The notes under the pieces are model-generated. The model worked only from the letters and a program-made list of their open reading frames with translations. It searched no databases and was not told the DNA's origin. This document shows, piece by piece, positions 18,530-27,117 of a stretch of 64,000 bases of DNA. Each line of letters begins with the position of its first letter. The first letter of the stretch is position 1. The stretch is from Chloroflexota bacterium (GTDB lineage: Bacteria; Chloroflexota; Anaerolineae; Anaerolineales; Villigracilaceae), in the NCBI GenBank assembly GCA_049324715.1, contig JBMOMR010000049.1:8026-72025 (forward strand). The letters are read 5' to 3'. Made by a program: the position numbers and the translations under genes.

Positions 18530-19206
18530 CGCTCTGTGCCTCCTGCAAGGTTTTCCAGTTTCTCACGATCCAAAAAAGCGAATTCCACGCGGTTGACGCG
18601 GATCAGACCCTCGTCGGCGAAGCGGTGCAGGGTGCGGCTGACCAGCTCGCGGGTAGTCCCGACCGTATCGGCCATCTGGTCAAGGGTCAGGTTACGCGGC
18701 GCGGGTCTTCCATCCACAGGGTTGTAGTGAGTCAACAGCAGGCGCGCAAGGCGTCCCGCTACGGGGTGAAAGGCAAATCCATACACCACCTCGCGCACAT
18801 TGCGCATATAACGAATCAGGATATTGGAGACATCCCACGCGGCTTGCGCGTTCTTTTGGATGATGGGCAGGATCGCATCGCGTTCCCAAAGATAAAGCAC
18901 CGCGTCTTCGCGGACCTCGAGCGAGGCGGGCATCGAGAGGCCGTCTACCACCGAATGTCCCCAGACCACCTCGCAGGGACGGAGCGTGAACACCACCTGA
19001 CGACGGCCTTCGGGCGAGAGCATCGCCCACTCCAGCCGCCCCGAAGCGATATAGGCCACATACGGCCATTCCTCCCCCTGCCAGCAGACAAATTCATCTC
19101 TGCTGAATTTCTTTTCGGTTGCCTTCGCCACCAGTTCGGCGCGTTCACGTTCGGTCAACTTGGAAAAAACAGGTGCTTGCGAAAGGCATTCCAGGATATT
19201 GGGCAT
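18526..19206 (-). CDS. Crp/Fnr family transcriptional regulator
   Basis: Paralog of the adjacent regulator (…FHPVAGRLARLLL…NLTLDQMADTVGTTRELVSRTL); 4-nt overlap with the downstream gene. Confidence 0.8.
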   Translation of the reverse strand: MPNILECLSQAPVFSKLTERERAELVAKATEKKFSRDEFVCWQGEEWPYVAYIASGRLEWAMLSPEGRRQVVFTLRPCEVVWGHSVVDGLSMPASLEVREDAVLYLWERDAILPIIQKNAQAAWDVSNILIRYMRNVREVVYGFAFHPVAGRLARLLLTHYNPVDGRPAPRNLTLDQMADTVGTTRELVSRTLHRFADEGLIRVNRVEFAFLDREKLENLAGGTER

Positions 19207-19326
19207 GAACAGTCTCCAGACAAGTTATAAAAATGCAAAGACGGATTTACACCTTCATGATATTTTACTCATGCAAAAATCTCCTGCTTTGGCAGGTTCA
19301 TTATATCAACTTCAAGGAGAAGCAAA

Positions 19327-20331
19327 ATGAAGAACGAAACCACGAAGACTCAACGCATCATCATGACCATTGTGGCGGTTGTCGGCGGCTTGTACCTGAT
19401 GCTGTTGGCGCCCACCCAGGCCATGCAAACCCTGAAGATCGCGCTCGACCAGGTGCTCCTGCGCCTTGTGCCGCACGACGCGGATTTCTACCCCGCTGTA
19501 CCCGTTCTCTCGACCACGTTCTCAGCCTGGATCATCGCCTTCGTCTTTTCTGGCGCCATGCTGTTGGTGGTGGCGAAGAAACTCTACGACGGAGTGAAGT
19601 GGGCACGCGCCGCCGCGCTGGGACTGTTCGCCATCCCCTCGGTCGCGGGGATGACCATGATGATTCCCTGGTTCGTGCTGGTTCTGGCCGAATATCCTGA
19701 AAAGGGCGTCCCGCCGCATACCATCAACGGAATGCCACCCGCCATGCCGATCCTGTTCGTCAACCTGCTGTTCTACTTCATCATCCTGCTTGCGGATACT
19801 GACACGCTCAAGAACAAGGCGCTGAAACTTATCCCCTACACCGCGTTGGGAATCGTCTCTGGCATGGTCTTCATGAACGCACAGCACGGTGTGCGCTACT
19901 TCATCCACATCCCTGGCGAGTTCGTCACTGGTGCGGATGGTCTGATTGCCGCCAACCCCACCCCGCCTCCGTTCACGTCCGCGCTGGCGCATTACATCAC
20001 CAATCTCGATCATCTGGATTGGCAAACCTTTGAATTTGTTTCAGAAAAAGCCGTGTACAGCCCGCAAACGCTGGCGCTCCTGCTCGGCGGCTTTCTGCTC
20101 TACATTGCGTCCGTGCTGTTGATCGTCTCCATCCCACTGATGGCGATGAAGAACAAAGCGGGCTGGTACATCGCCACCGCCACCACACTGGCGACCGTCG
20201 TTGTCAGTTTCCAGGGCTTCATCGTGCGGCATTCCACCGAATGGCTGCAGGGCGGGATGCTATCCGCTGTGCTGTTGGCGATCCTGCTCATCCCCGCCTT
20301 CAAGCAATTCCTGATCGAAAAAGGCGAATAA
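19327..20331 (+). CDS. Polytopic membrane protein, paralog family A (A1)
   Basis: About 8 TM helices; the shared block AKKLYDGVKWARAAALGLFAIPSVAGMTMMIPW is also present in the 21224 and 22233 genes. Confidence 0.65.
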   Translation: MKNETTKTQRIIMTIVAVVGGLYLMLLAPTQAMQTLKIALDQVLLRLVPHDADFYPAVPVLSTTFSAWIIAFVFSGAMLLVVAKKLYDGVKWARAAALGLFAIPSVAGMTMMIPWFVLVLAEYPEKGVPPHTINGMPPAMPILFVNLLFYFIILLADTDTLKNKALKLIPYTALGIVSGMVFMNAQHGVRYFIHIPGEFVTGADGLIAANPTPPPFTSALAHYITNLDHLDWQTFEFVSEKAVYSPQTLALLLGGFLLYIASVLLIVSIPLMAMKNKAGWYIATATTLATVVVSFQGFIVRHSTEWLQGGMLSAVLLAILLIPAFKQFLIEKGE

Positions 20332-20410
20332 TCGCCCGATAAAATTATCCACATTCTCCTTTGTAAACTGGAGCCAGTCACCTGGCTCCAGTTTACTTTT
20401 TCACACACTG

Positions 20411-21100
20411 TTATTCCGCACCAGCAAGTCGCTCCAACGCCGCGCGATCATGGACGGTGATGGTGGCCCGTGTCACCTGGAGCAGGCCATTCTTTTGGAG
20501 CTGATAAAGGGAACGACAGACAACTTCGGGGGAGGAGGCCACCCTGGATGCGATCTGATCAAGAGTCAGATCACGCTGCGCCGAGTTCTCCGTGGCGGGG
20601 ACTTGTTCCAATAATAACTTTGCCACGCGACCCGTCACGGGCTGAAAGGCAAGGTCAGAAATCGTGTCCCGTCGCTTGCGAATCAATCTGGTCTGACGAG
20701 CCAATAAAGCGCGAATCGCTTCGGGGTTTTCAAACAGAATTTGGAGAACGGTCTCCCCCTCCCATTGATAAATTACGCTTTCTTGGGCAGCCTCCAGTGT
20801 AGACGGCGCGGGTTCCCCATCAAAAAGTCCGTGCGCCCAGAATACATCTCCCTTCTCCCAAGTAGAGACAACATAACTCCGCCCATCCGTCGAGCGAATG
20901 ACAGCCCGCAGTTGTCCCGATGCGATCAGAAATGCGTTTGTCCAGGGATCTCCCTGCCAGAAAAGTGATTGATCCCGTTCCAGGACGCGTCGAATGGCTA
21001 ATGAAACCAACCGCTGTTTTTGATTGGCGGTAAATTTTCCAAATACTTCGGTATTTTCCAACAAGGCATCCAGGTCGGACATGCTTCTGATCCTTTCCAA
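20411..21100 (-). CDS. Crp/Fnr family transcriptional regulator
   Basis: cNMP-binding domain plus HTH (LTLDQIASRVASSPEVVCRSLYQL); divergent from family-A gene A2. Confidence 0.8.
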   Translation of the reverse strand: MERIRSMSDLDALLENTEVFGKFTANQKQRLVSLAIRRVLERDQSLFWQGDPWTNAFLIASGQLRAVIRSTDGRSYVVSTWEKGDVFWAHGLFDGEPAPSTLEAAQESVIYQWEGETVLQILFENPEAIRALLARQTRLIRKRRDTISDLAFQPVTGRVAKLLLEQVPATENSAQRDLTLDQIASRVASSPEVVCRSLYQLQKNGLLQVTRATITVHDRAALERLAGAE

Positions 21101-21142
21101 TTATTAGAAACGTCACTTATTCTTGACAAATATCAAGGTGTG

Positions 21143-21156
21143 AATGGACAAAGACA
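21143..21156. promoter_or_regulatory. FNR/CRP-type palindromic box TTGAC-AAAT-ATCAA
   Basis: Matches TTGAT-N4-ATCAA with one mismatch; lies in the divergent intergenic region between a Crp gene and the A2 membrane gene. Confidence 0.5.
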
Positions 21157-21223
21157 GATAACATATGTGCATGTCATCACAACCTGAACCCAGTTCAGGA
21201 AAAATTATAACATCGGAGGAAGA

Positions 21224-22108
21224 ATGTTATCTGCAACACCCCGTAATTCACGTCTCATCGTAATCACCCTCGTGGTGATCGCCGCGATCTTGATGATCGT
21301 GTGGGTACCCTTCATCGGGTTTGATATGTCCAACCCAATCGTCCAAGGTCAGCAGGCCCGCATCGAAAAGTTCAAGGCAGAGGGAACACCAGAGATGGCT
21401 GTTCAAGCCGCGCTCCTGGAGCTGACGGTCTGGCTGGTTTCTTTCTTCTATCCGTTTTGGAGTGTGCTTTCCGTGGTAGCCGGCGTTGCGCTATTGGTGA
21501 TTGCAAAAGACCTCTATAACGGAGAGAAATGGGCACGCGGACTCGCCTTGCTGTGCCTGTCAATCCCGTCCATGGGCGGCGCGTACATGATCGTGCCGTG
21601 GATGAATTTCGTCGGAAGCGTGCAGGGCGGATTCCCGCCCGCGGTCATCATCATGACGGTTGGCCTGATCCCGTACTTCGCCCTGTTGTTGCTCGAAAAA
21701 GGCGACTGGATGCAGAAGATTGTGGACTTCCTAGTCTTCCTGATGCTGGGCGTTATCTCCGCTGAATCCTTTGCCAACGGTCACGCGGCCTTCCGTATCC
21801 TGTATGGACACCCCAAGCGGCCTCTCTTTGCTGAGGGCATTTCCATCACTTACGTCGGCTGGCTGGGACTGTGGATCAGCGCGGCATTGACCATCGCGGC
21901 CATCTACCTGCTGGGCAATCGCAAACTCTCCGGATGGTATTATGCCTATATCGGCGCGTGGGTGGCCATTATCGCCGGCGGAGCCACGCACTATGTCCGC
22001 CACGCCACCAATGACTACCTCTACAACGTTTTGATGGGAGTGAGCCTTGTCGTCATGCTTCTCATCCCTGTTTTCAAGCAACGCCTGCTGAAAGAGTATT
22101 CAGGCTGA
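21224..22108 (+). CDS. Polytopic membrane protein, paralog family A (A2)
   Basis: Paralogous to 19327 and 22233 through the shared block AKDLYNGEKWARGLALLCLSIPSMGGAYMIVPW. Confidence 0.65.
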   Translation: MLSATPRNSRLIVITLVVIAAILMIVWVPFIGFDMSNPIVQGQQARIEKFKAEGTPEMAVQAALLELTVWLVSFFYPFWSVLSVVAGVALLVIAKDLYNGEKWARGLALLCLSIPSMGGAYMIVPWMNFVGSVQGGFPPAVIIMTVGLIPYFALLLLEKGDWMQKIVDFLVFLMLGVISAESFANGHAAFRILYGHPKRPLFAEGISITYVGWLGLWISAALTIAAIYLLGNRKLSGWYYAYIGAWVAIIAGGATHYVRHATNDYLYNVLMGVSLVVMLLIPVFKQRLLKEYSG

Positions 22109-22184
22109 GCACATTCTCCTTTGCAACTCGGGATCCAAATCGGGGTCCCGAGTTTGCTTTAAGGCAAAGATTTTACAAACCGCT

Positions 22185-22200
22185 TGTGATACCTTTCACA
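22185..22200. promoter_or_regulatory. CRP-type box TGTGA-N6-TCACA
   Basis: TGTGATACCTTTCACA ends 33 nt upstream of the A3 start codon. Confidence 0.55.
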
Positions 22201-22232
22201 CAGAATTTCCAACCACCATCCTGGAGGACGCT

Positions 22233-23078
22233 ATGAAAGATACATCGCAAGCCAATCGTAATATCATGTCCGTTATTGCCATTGTAATCGGACTGGCAAT
22301 GGCCTATCTCATTCCGTTCCTGGTCCAAACATCACTGGAACGGGTATTGGTTCATTTGTCCGCACACATCAAGGCAGGGAATCCCACTTTCTCGAGTGGA
22401 TTGCCCATGTTTGACCTCTTCTACTCTGCTTGGCGGGCGCTCATCTTTGCGGGCGGCGCAGGCTTAATTGTCATCTCGCAGGAGATCAGAAAAGGCCGCG
22501 AGTGGACCTTTCCTCTTGCCCTGTCACTTTTTGCCCTGCCCTCCATCGGCGGCTTTTTCATGTTCCTGCCCTATGTGAGTTGGGTGCCTGGCTTCCCCCT
22601 TCCGATGGTTATCGCCTTCATTGGCCTGGCGGGTTATTGGGCGTTTATTTTCCTCCACCACGGCACAAAGGCGCAAAAATGGACGCGTTTTGCCGCGTTG
22701 ACCTTCATCGGCATGTTGGCCACACACGCCTTCACCATCGGCATCGGCGCGCAACGCACCATGGCAACCCGTCCCGGCTTCCCCATGTATCCAGATTTTA
22801 CGTGGTGGCTCTTCCGCTGGGCTGGCGAAGTGAACTGGGTGGCGGTCATCTTCCTGTTCATGTCCATTCCCCTGCTGGCGATGGGAAAGCGCCGCGGCTG
22901 GTGGATGGCGGTCATCTCAGCCATCACGATCCTGATGATCAACGTCCCAACGCAATTCATCCGCACGAAGACGCTGGACTACTTCTATGGAGCGCTGCTT
23001 GCCATCGGTGTGTTGGTTTTCACTCTCATTCCATATTTCAAAAAACAACTTTTGGAAGAAAAATCATCAGAGGCCTGA
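22233..23078 (+). CDS. Polytopic membrane protein, paralog family A (A3)
   Basis: Paralogous block REWTFPLALSLFALPSIGGFFMFLPY. Confidence 0.65.
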   Translation: MKDTSQANRNIMSVIAIVIGLAMAYLIPFLVQTSLERVLVHLSAHIKAGNPTFSSGLPMFDLFYSAWRALIFAGGAGLIVISQEIRKGREWTFPLALSLFALPSIGGFFMFLPYVSWVPGFPLPMVIAFIGLAGYWAFIFLHHGTKAQKWTRFAALTFIGMLATHAFTIGIGAQRTMATRPGFPMYPDFTWWLFRWAGEVNWVAVIFLFMSIPLLAMGKRRGWWMAVISAITILMINVPTQFIRTKTLDYFYGALLAIGVLVFTLIPYFKKQLLEEKSSEA

Positions 23079-23140
23079 TTTCAGGCGCATTCTCCTTTAG
23101 GACCTCCCCCTTGTGATACAAGGGGGAGGTAACTTCAACC

Positions 23141-23290
23141 ATGAAAATCAACCCACGCTACTACCCCTACATCATCCTTGCCGCGTATATGGTTTTCCTC
23201 CTGCTTGGCATCCTGCTTGGCTTCGGACCGGAACGCGGTGGCGAAGACGGCGGTCACGGTCTCCTATTGTTGAGGCAGGCTTGCGCATGA
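23141..23290 (+). CDS. Small (49 aa) single-TM protein, translationally coupled (ATGA) to the 4Fe-4S membrane protein
   Basis: Strong SD GGGGGAGGT about 10 nt upstream of the ATG; the hydrophobic helix YIILAAYMVFLLLGILLGF; its stop overlaps the next start. Not in the ORF track as a separate call, because the track merges this frame differently (23113 extension). Confidence 0.45.
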   Translation: MKINPRYYPYIILAAYMVFLLLGILLGFGPERGGEDGGHGLLLLRQACA

Positions 23291-24111
23291 CCACGAAAAC
23301 AGCCTCGCTTTCCAAAAGCCGACGCGTCATCCAGTGGCTGGCGGTGATCGGCACATTCCTGCTCGGACTGCGCCACATCATGCCAGGCGAAACCTCGCGC
23401 GGCGGGTCATTCGACTCGTTCTGTGCCTTCGGCGGGATCGAAACATTGTTTCCCTATCTTTTCAATGGAAGCGTGCTCAAATCCACCAACCTGCTCAACT
23501 TCTCGATCCTGACCGCCACGCTGGGCGTCGCGCTCGTGGCGGGACGCGCCTTCTGCGGCTGGCTGTGCGGACTGGGCGCGCTCCAGGATTTCGTCGCAGG
23601 ATGGACACGGAAACTTCTTGGCAAAAGACGTCACGTCCGCGGCAAAGCCAGCCAAACGATCCTGCCTCTGCGCCTGCCTTCCTCCATTGACCGCCCGCTG
23701 CGGTACGCCAAATATCTTGTGCTTGCGGTGATCCTGTTTGCCAGTCTCTACACGGTTTATCCGCCCCTGCGAGAGTTCTGTCCCGTGCGCGCCGTTTTCA
23801 GCCTGAAGATGACCGCGCTCCTGTGGCTGACGCTCGTCGTCTTTGTTGCAGGATCAATTTTGGTGGAACGCTTCTGGTGCAAATATCTATGTCCGCTCGG
23901 CGCGGCGCTGGCGCTCTTCAACAAAATTTCGCCCGTGCGGCTGGTCAGCAGTTCCACCTGTAACAACTGCGGACGTTGCGACATCGAATGTTCGATGGGC
24001 ATCGCAGATGTGCCAAACAATCTGGCCGATGCCGAATGTATCCGCTGTCTCGAATGTTTGGACACTTGCGCGCGCGACGGATCACTCGAATTAAAAGTGA
24101 TTACCAAGTAA
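23287..24111 (+). CDS. 4Fe-4S binding membrane protein (NapH/MauN-like polyferredoxin)
   Basis: TM helices with CxxC pairs and two C-terminal ferredoxin motifs, CNNCGRCDIEC and CIRCLECLDTC. Confidence 0.7.
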   Translation: MTTKTASLSKSRRVIQWLAVIGTFLLGLRHIMPGETSRGGSFDSFCAFGGIETLFPYLFNGSVLKSTNLLNFSILTATLGVALVAGRAFCGWLCGLGALQDFVAGWTRKLLGKRRHVRGKASQTILPLRLPSSIDRPLRYAKYLVLAVILFASLYTVYPPLREFCPVRAVFSLKMTALLWLTLVVFVAGSILVERFWCKYLCPLGAALALFNKISPVRLVSSSTCNNCGRCDIECSMGIADVPNNLADAECIRCLECLDTCARDGSLELKVITK

Positions 24112-24144
24112 AATGAAAAGCAGGCGACAAAAGACGCATCTTTC

Positions 24145-24858
24145 ATGACCACTGGCCTGCCTCCCGCTCCCCAACATTTTACTCGGCTGAAAGCGCTCCT
24201 CGCCCGAATCCGCCACTTTGACGGAATCCCACCCGAGGTCCAGGAAAGAATCGCCGCGTCTGCATCCCCGCGTCACTTCGCGGCGGGACAGGTCATCTAC
24301 ATCGAAGGTGAACCCGCAGAGGCGCTTTACCTGCTGGAACGCGGCTGGGTGAAAGCCACGCGCATGTCACGCGACGGGCGCGAGCAGGCGATGTTGTTTC
24401 TCGAGTCGGGGGAAATCTTCGGCGATATCGCCGTGTTCAGCGGCACAACCTACCCTGGCACGGTGGTGGCGCTCGAAGACGTGGACGTGTGGACAATCCC
24501 CGCTGACAATTTTTTGGAGTTGACCAAACAATATCCCGCGCTGGCGATGGCGGTCATCCGTCACCTGAGCGGCCGCGTGCTGCACTACATCAGTCTGGTC
24601 GAAGACCTGTCCCTGCGAAATGTGGAGGCGCGGCTAGCGAACACGCTATTACAGCACGCCGAAGCGCGCGAAGGACAATTGATCGTCCCCCGCCGTGACT
24701 GGACAACGTTCGATGAAATGGCCGTGCGACTCGGGACGGTGCGCGATGTGTTGAGCCGCGGGCTGAAGACGCTCGAAGCGGATGGATTGCTCAAGGTGGA
24801 GAAGCAGGCTATCGTCCTGCTCGACCCGAAAGGTCTGGCGGAACGCGGCAAATTGTGA
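24145..24858 (+). CDS. Crp/Fnr family transcriptional regulator
   Basis: cNMP-binding domain (GEIFGDIAVFSG) plus HTH (TFDEMAVRLGTVRDVLSRGLKTL). Confidence 0.8.
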   Translation: MTTGLPPAPQHFTRLKALLARIRHFDGIPPEVQERIAASASPRHFAAGQVIYIEGEPAEALYLLERGWVKATRMSRDGREQAMLFLESGEIFGDIAVFSGTTYPGTVVALEDVDVWTIPADNFLELTKQYPALAMAVIRHLSGRVLHYISLVEDLSLRNVEARLANTLLQHAEAREGQLIVPRRDWTTFDEMAVRLGTVRDVLSRGLKTLEADGLLKVEKQAIVLLDPKGLAERGKL

Positions 24859-24887
24859 AATTTCGCACGACAAAAGTCGTATGCAAA

Positions 24888-24940
24888 AAGCAGGTCAGTC
24901 TGTACACTGGGAACAGACTGACCTGCTTATTTTTGTGATG
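24888..24940 (+). terminator. Rho-independent terminator
   Basis: GCAGGTCAGTCTG...CAGACTGACCTGC followed by TTATTTTT. Confidence 0.8.
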
Positions 24941-24942
24941 CG

Positions 24943-25209
24943 ATGACCAACCCTTCCGCCTCAAACCTGGACGAAAAACTGCGCGCTACCATCCTGTCCC
25001 GTTTCGCGGCGGATGAGCGCACCGCCTACGCCAACTTGCGCGTGGGTGTGCTGAACAGGATCGTCCACCTGGCGGGCGTAGTGAATTCCATCGAGACGCG
25101 CGTCCTCGCGGCGGAACTGGCCGAGGAGACGGAGGGGGTACGCGGCGTGGTCAACCGCATCGAAGCGCCAGGTGCGCCCAGCCCTGCGCGGAGGATTGAT
25201 CTCACGTAG
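24943..25209 (+). CDS. BON domain protein (OsmY-like)
   Basis: LRVGVLNRIVHLAGVVNSIETRVLAAELAEETEGVRGVVNRIEA is a BON-domain pattern. Confidence 0.65.
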   Translation: MTNPSASNLDEKLRATILSRFAADERTAYANLRVGVLNRIVHLAGVVNSIETRVLAAELAEETEGVRGVVNRIEAPGAPSPARRIDLT

Positions 25210-25290
25210 CACCGCAAGATTTGATTTATCATGCGCCTTCACAGGCAACATGAAGTTGCGGTACTGAATAAAATCATCAAGGAGAATGAA

Positions 25291-26106
25291 ATGAAAAACA
25301 ACCACAAACTCGGAGCCTTTCTTGCCATACTTGGATTTGCCGCAGGCCTCCTGTGTCTGTATTTCATCGCCGACACATACAACGCCGTCATTCACACCCA
25401 CTTCAACGCGGGTGATTGGGAGGAGAGCAACACTGTCCGCATTGTGTACGCGGTGCTTGGCTGGCTGGGGACGGCGGCTGGCGCGCTCTCTTCCGCGGTG
25501 TTGTGGGGATTCCTACACAAACAGGATTGGGCCTGGTTCTGGGGCGCGGTGGCCGCGACCGTCCTCCTGCTGGCGGGATTCTTCCCGATGATCCCCGCCG
25601 CGGATAGTGGACTGCCCGTCCCGACGATGTGGGTCTTTCTGCTGGCCGCCGTGATGTGGTTCGGCATGTTGTTCGTCGGCGGCGTGAGTGGCAAGGTCAT
25701 CACACTGACATTCGTCGCGGGGCTGGCATACGTGCTGACGTTCATTGACGGGGTCGCGCCCATCTCCAAATTCCAAAGCACCTTCCAGACGCCGACAACG
25801 TTCGCTGAGAACGCGAACACGTTCTGGAATGGACTGTACGTTCTTTCGCAACAGGTGAATTGGTGGGGAGCGGCGGCCTGGGCGGTCTTTATTTTCGCGG
25901 CGCTCAAGCAAAAATCGTGGGCGATACCCATTGGCATCTTTGCCGCGGTCATGTCCATGATCGGTGGATATCCGATGGGCATCCATAACGTGGCGGAAGT
26001 CCAGCGCTTCTCGATGTTCCTCCCCGCGCCCATCCTGAGTACAGTATTACTGATCGTGCTTTTACTTCCCAGCACACAAAAGTTGCTAGAGAGCAAACAA
26101 TCCTGA
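25291..26106 (+). CDS. Polytopic membrane protein, paralog family B (B1)
   Basis: SD AAGGAGA 5 nt upstream of the ATG; about 65% identical to the 26123 gene (ARWAWFWG.VAATV..LAGFFP.IP...GLP.PT.WVFL). Confidence 0.65.
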   Translation: MKNNHKLGAFLAILGFAAGLLCLYFIADTYNAVIHTHFNAGDWEESNTVRIVYAVLGWLGTAAGALSSAVLWGFLHKQDWAWFWGAVAATVLLLAGFFPMIPAADSGLPVPTMWVFLLAAVMWFGMLFVGGVSGKVITLTFVAGLAYVLTFIDGVAPISKFQSTFQTPTTFAENANTFWNGLYVLSQQVNWWGAAAWAVFIFAALKQKSWAIPIGIFAAVMSMIGGYPMGIHNVAEVQRFSMFLPAPILSTVLLIVLLLPSTQKLLESKQS

Positions 26107-26122
26107 TAATCGGAGGTTCTCC

Positions 26123-26914
26123 ATGAAAGGAAACAACAAGTTAGGGACAGTCCTGTCCATCGTCGGCATCCTGACTGGACTGCTGGTCCTGTTCCTGATG
26201 GCAAGCATCTATCAGGTCAATATTGACGGCAAACTGGCAGGGGAACGTCCCGACGAGGCCATCACAGTGCAGATCGTTTTTGCCCTGCTGGGCTGGCTGG
26301 GGGTTGCCGCGGGAGCCTTGTGGGTGATGGTCTTGTACGGCTTCCTGAACAACGCAAGATGGGCCTGGTTCTGGGGGACGGTGGCCGCCACGGTCCAGAT
26401 TTTGGCGGGATTCTTCCCGATCATCCCACCCTCCAGCATCGGCCTGCCCGCGCCGACCATCTGGGTGTTCCTGATCGCGTTCGTGCTTTGGTTCGGGATG
26501 CTCGTCATCGGCGGCGTGGACAAGAAGATTATCGCGCTGGCCTTCGTCAGCGGGCTGGCGTATGTGCTGACGTTCATTGATGGCGTCGGCGCGATCTCGC
26601 GTCACCAGACCGAGGCGAAGGGTTTCATCAGTTCGATGTACGCCATGTCGCAGATGGTGAACTGGTGGGGCGCGGCGGTTTGGGCGTCCTTTATCTTCGG
26701 GCTGGTGAAGGGTAAATCGTGGGCGCTGCCCGTCGGCGTCTTTGCGGCGGCCATGTCCATGTTTGGCGGATTCCCCGTCGGTGTGACGGATGTGATCGTG
26801 AAGGGCCGATTCTCGATGTTCCTGGTCGCGCCCGTCATGAGCACGGCGTTGCTCGTCTACTTGTTGCTCCCGTCCACGCGGAAGATGATCGAAGCGTGGA
26901 ATGCGGCGTCGTAG
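26123..26914 (+). CDS. Polytopic membrane protein, paralog family B (B2)
   Basis: Tandem paralog of B1; only a 16-nt spacer separates them. Confidence 0.65.
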   Translation: MKGNNKLGTVLSIVGILTGLLVLFLMASIYQVNIDGKLAGERPDEAITVQIVFALLGWLGVAAGALWVMVLYGFLNNARWAWFWGTVAATVQILAGFFPIIPPSSIGLPAPTIWVFLIAFVLWFGMLVIGGVDKKIIALAFVSGLAYVLTFIDGVGAISRHQTEAKGFISSMYAMSQMVNWWGAAVWASFIFGLVKGKSWALPVGVFAAAMSMFGGFPVGVTDVIVKGRFSMFLVAPVMSTALLVYLLLPSTRKMIEAWNAAS

Positions 26915-26925
26915 CGGGAAGTTTC

Positions 26926-26980
26926 AGTACCGCAACATTCATCTCGCGCATCACAGGCAACATGAATGTTGCGGTACTGG
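26926..26980. promoter_or_regulatory. Inverted repeat with 18-nt arms (CAGTACCGCAACATTCAT / ATGAATGTTGCGGTACTG); a degenerate copy sits upstream of B1 at about 25222-25266
   Basis: Perfect 18-nt arms around a 19-nt spacer; the copy CACAGGCAACATGAAGTTGCGGTACTG occurs upstream of the family-B start. Confidence 0.55.
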
Positions 26981-27040
26981 CATGGGGCTGGGACAAGGCT
27001 TGGGAGGCCGCGCCCGCTTCAGGTCAGGTGCGAAGCGCAG

Positions 27041-27056
27041 TGTGATAAATGTCACA
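27041..27056. promoter_or_regulatory. Perfect CRP-type box TGTGATAAATGTCACA
   Basis: TGTGA-N6-TCACA lying 62 nt upstream of the C1 start codon. Confidence 0.6.
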
Positions 27057-27117
27057 GAAATTGGACACGTCTTGTGCAACAATTCACTTAAGTCCAACAA
27101 AAAAGGAGAATGCACAA

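Noticed and set aside
19240-19326. Possible FNR-like box TTCAT-TATA-TCAAC upstream of A1
   Set aside because: Both half-sites are off consensus. Too weak to call without a scoring matrix.
23113-23286. Upstream extension of the 4Fe-4S protein ORF (MIQGGGNF…)
   Set aside because: The extension starts inside the terminator hairpin of the preceding gene and has no RBS. The internal ATG at 23287 overlaps the stop of a well-initiated small ORF, so the shorter start is preferred.
25231-25290. Upstream extensions of the family-B gene (25231) and family-C gene (27049)
   Set aside because: Strong AAGGAGA SD sequences precede the internal ATGs at 25291 and 27118. The extensions cover the inverted-repeat and CRP-box regulatory elements.
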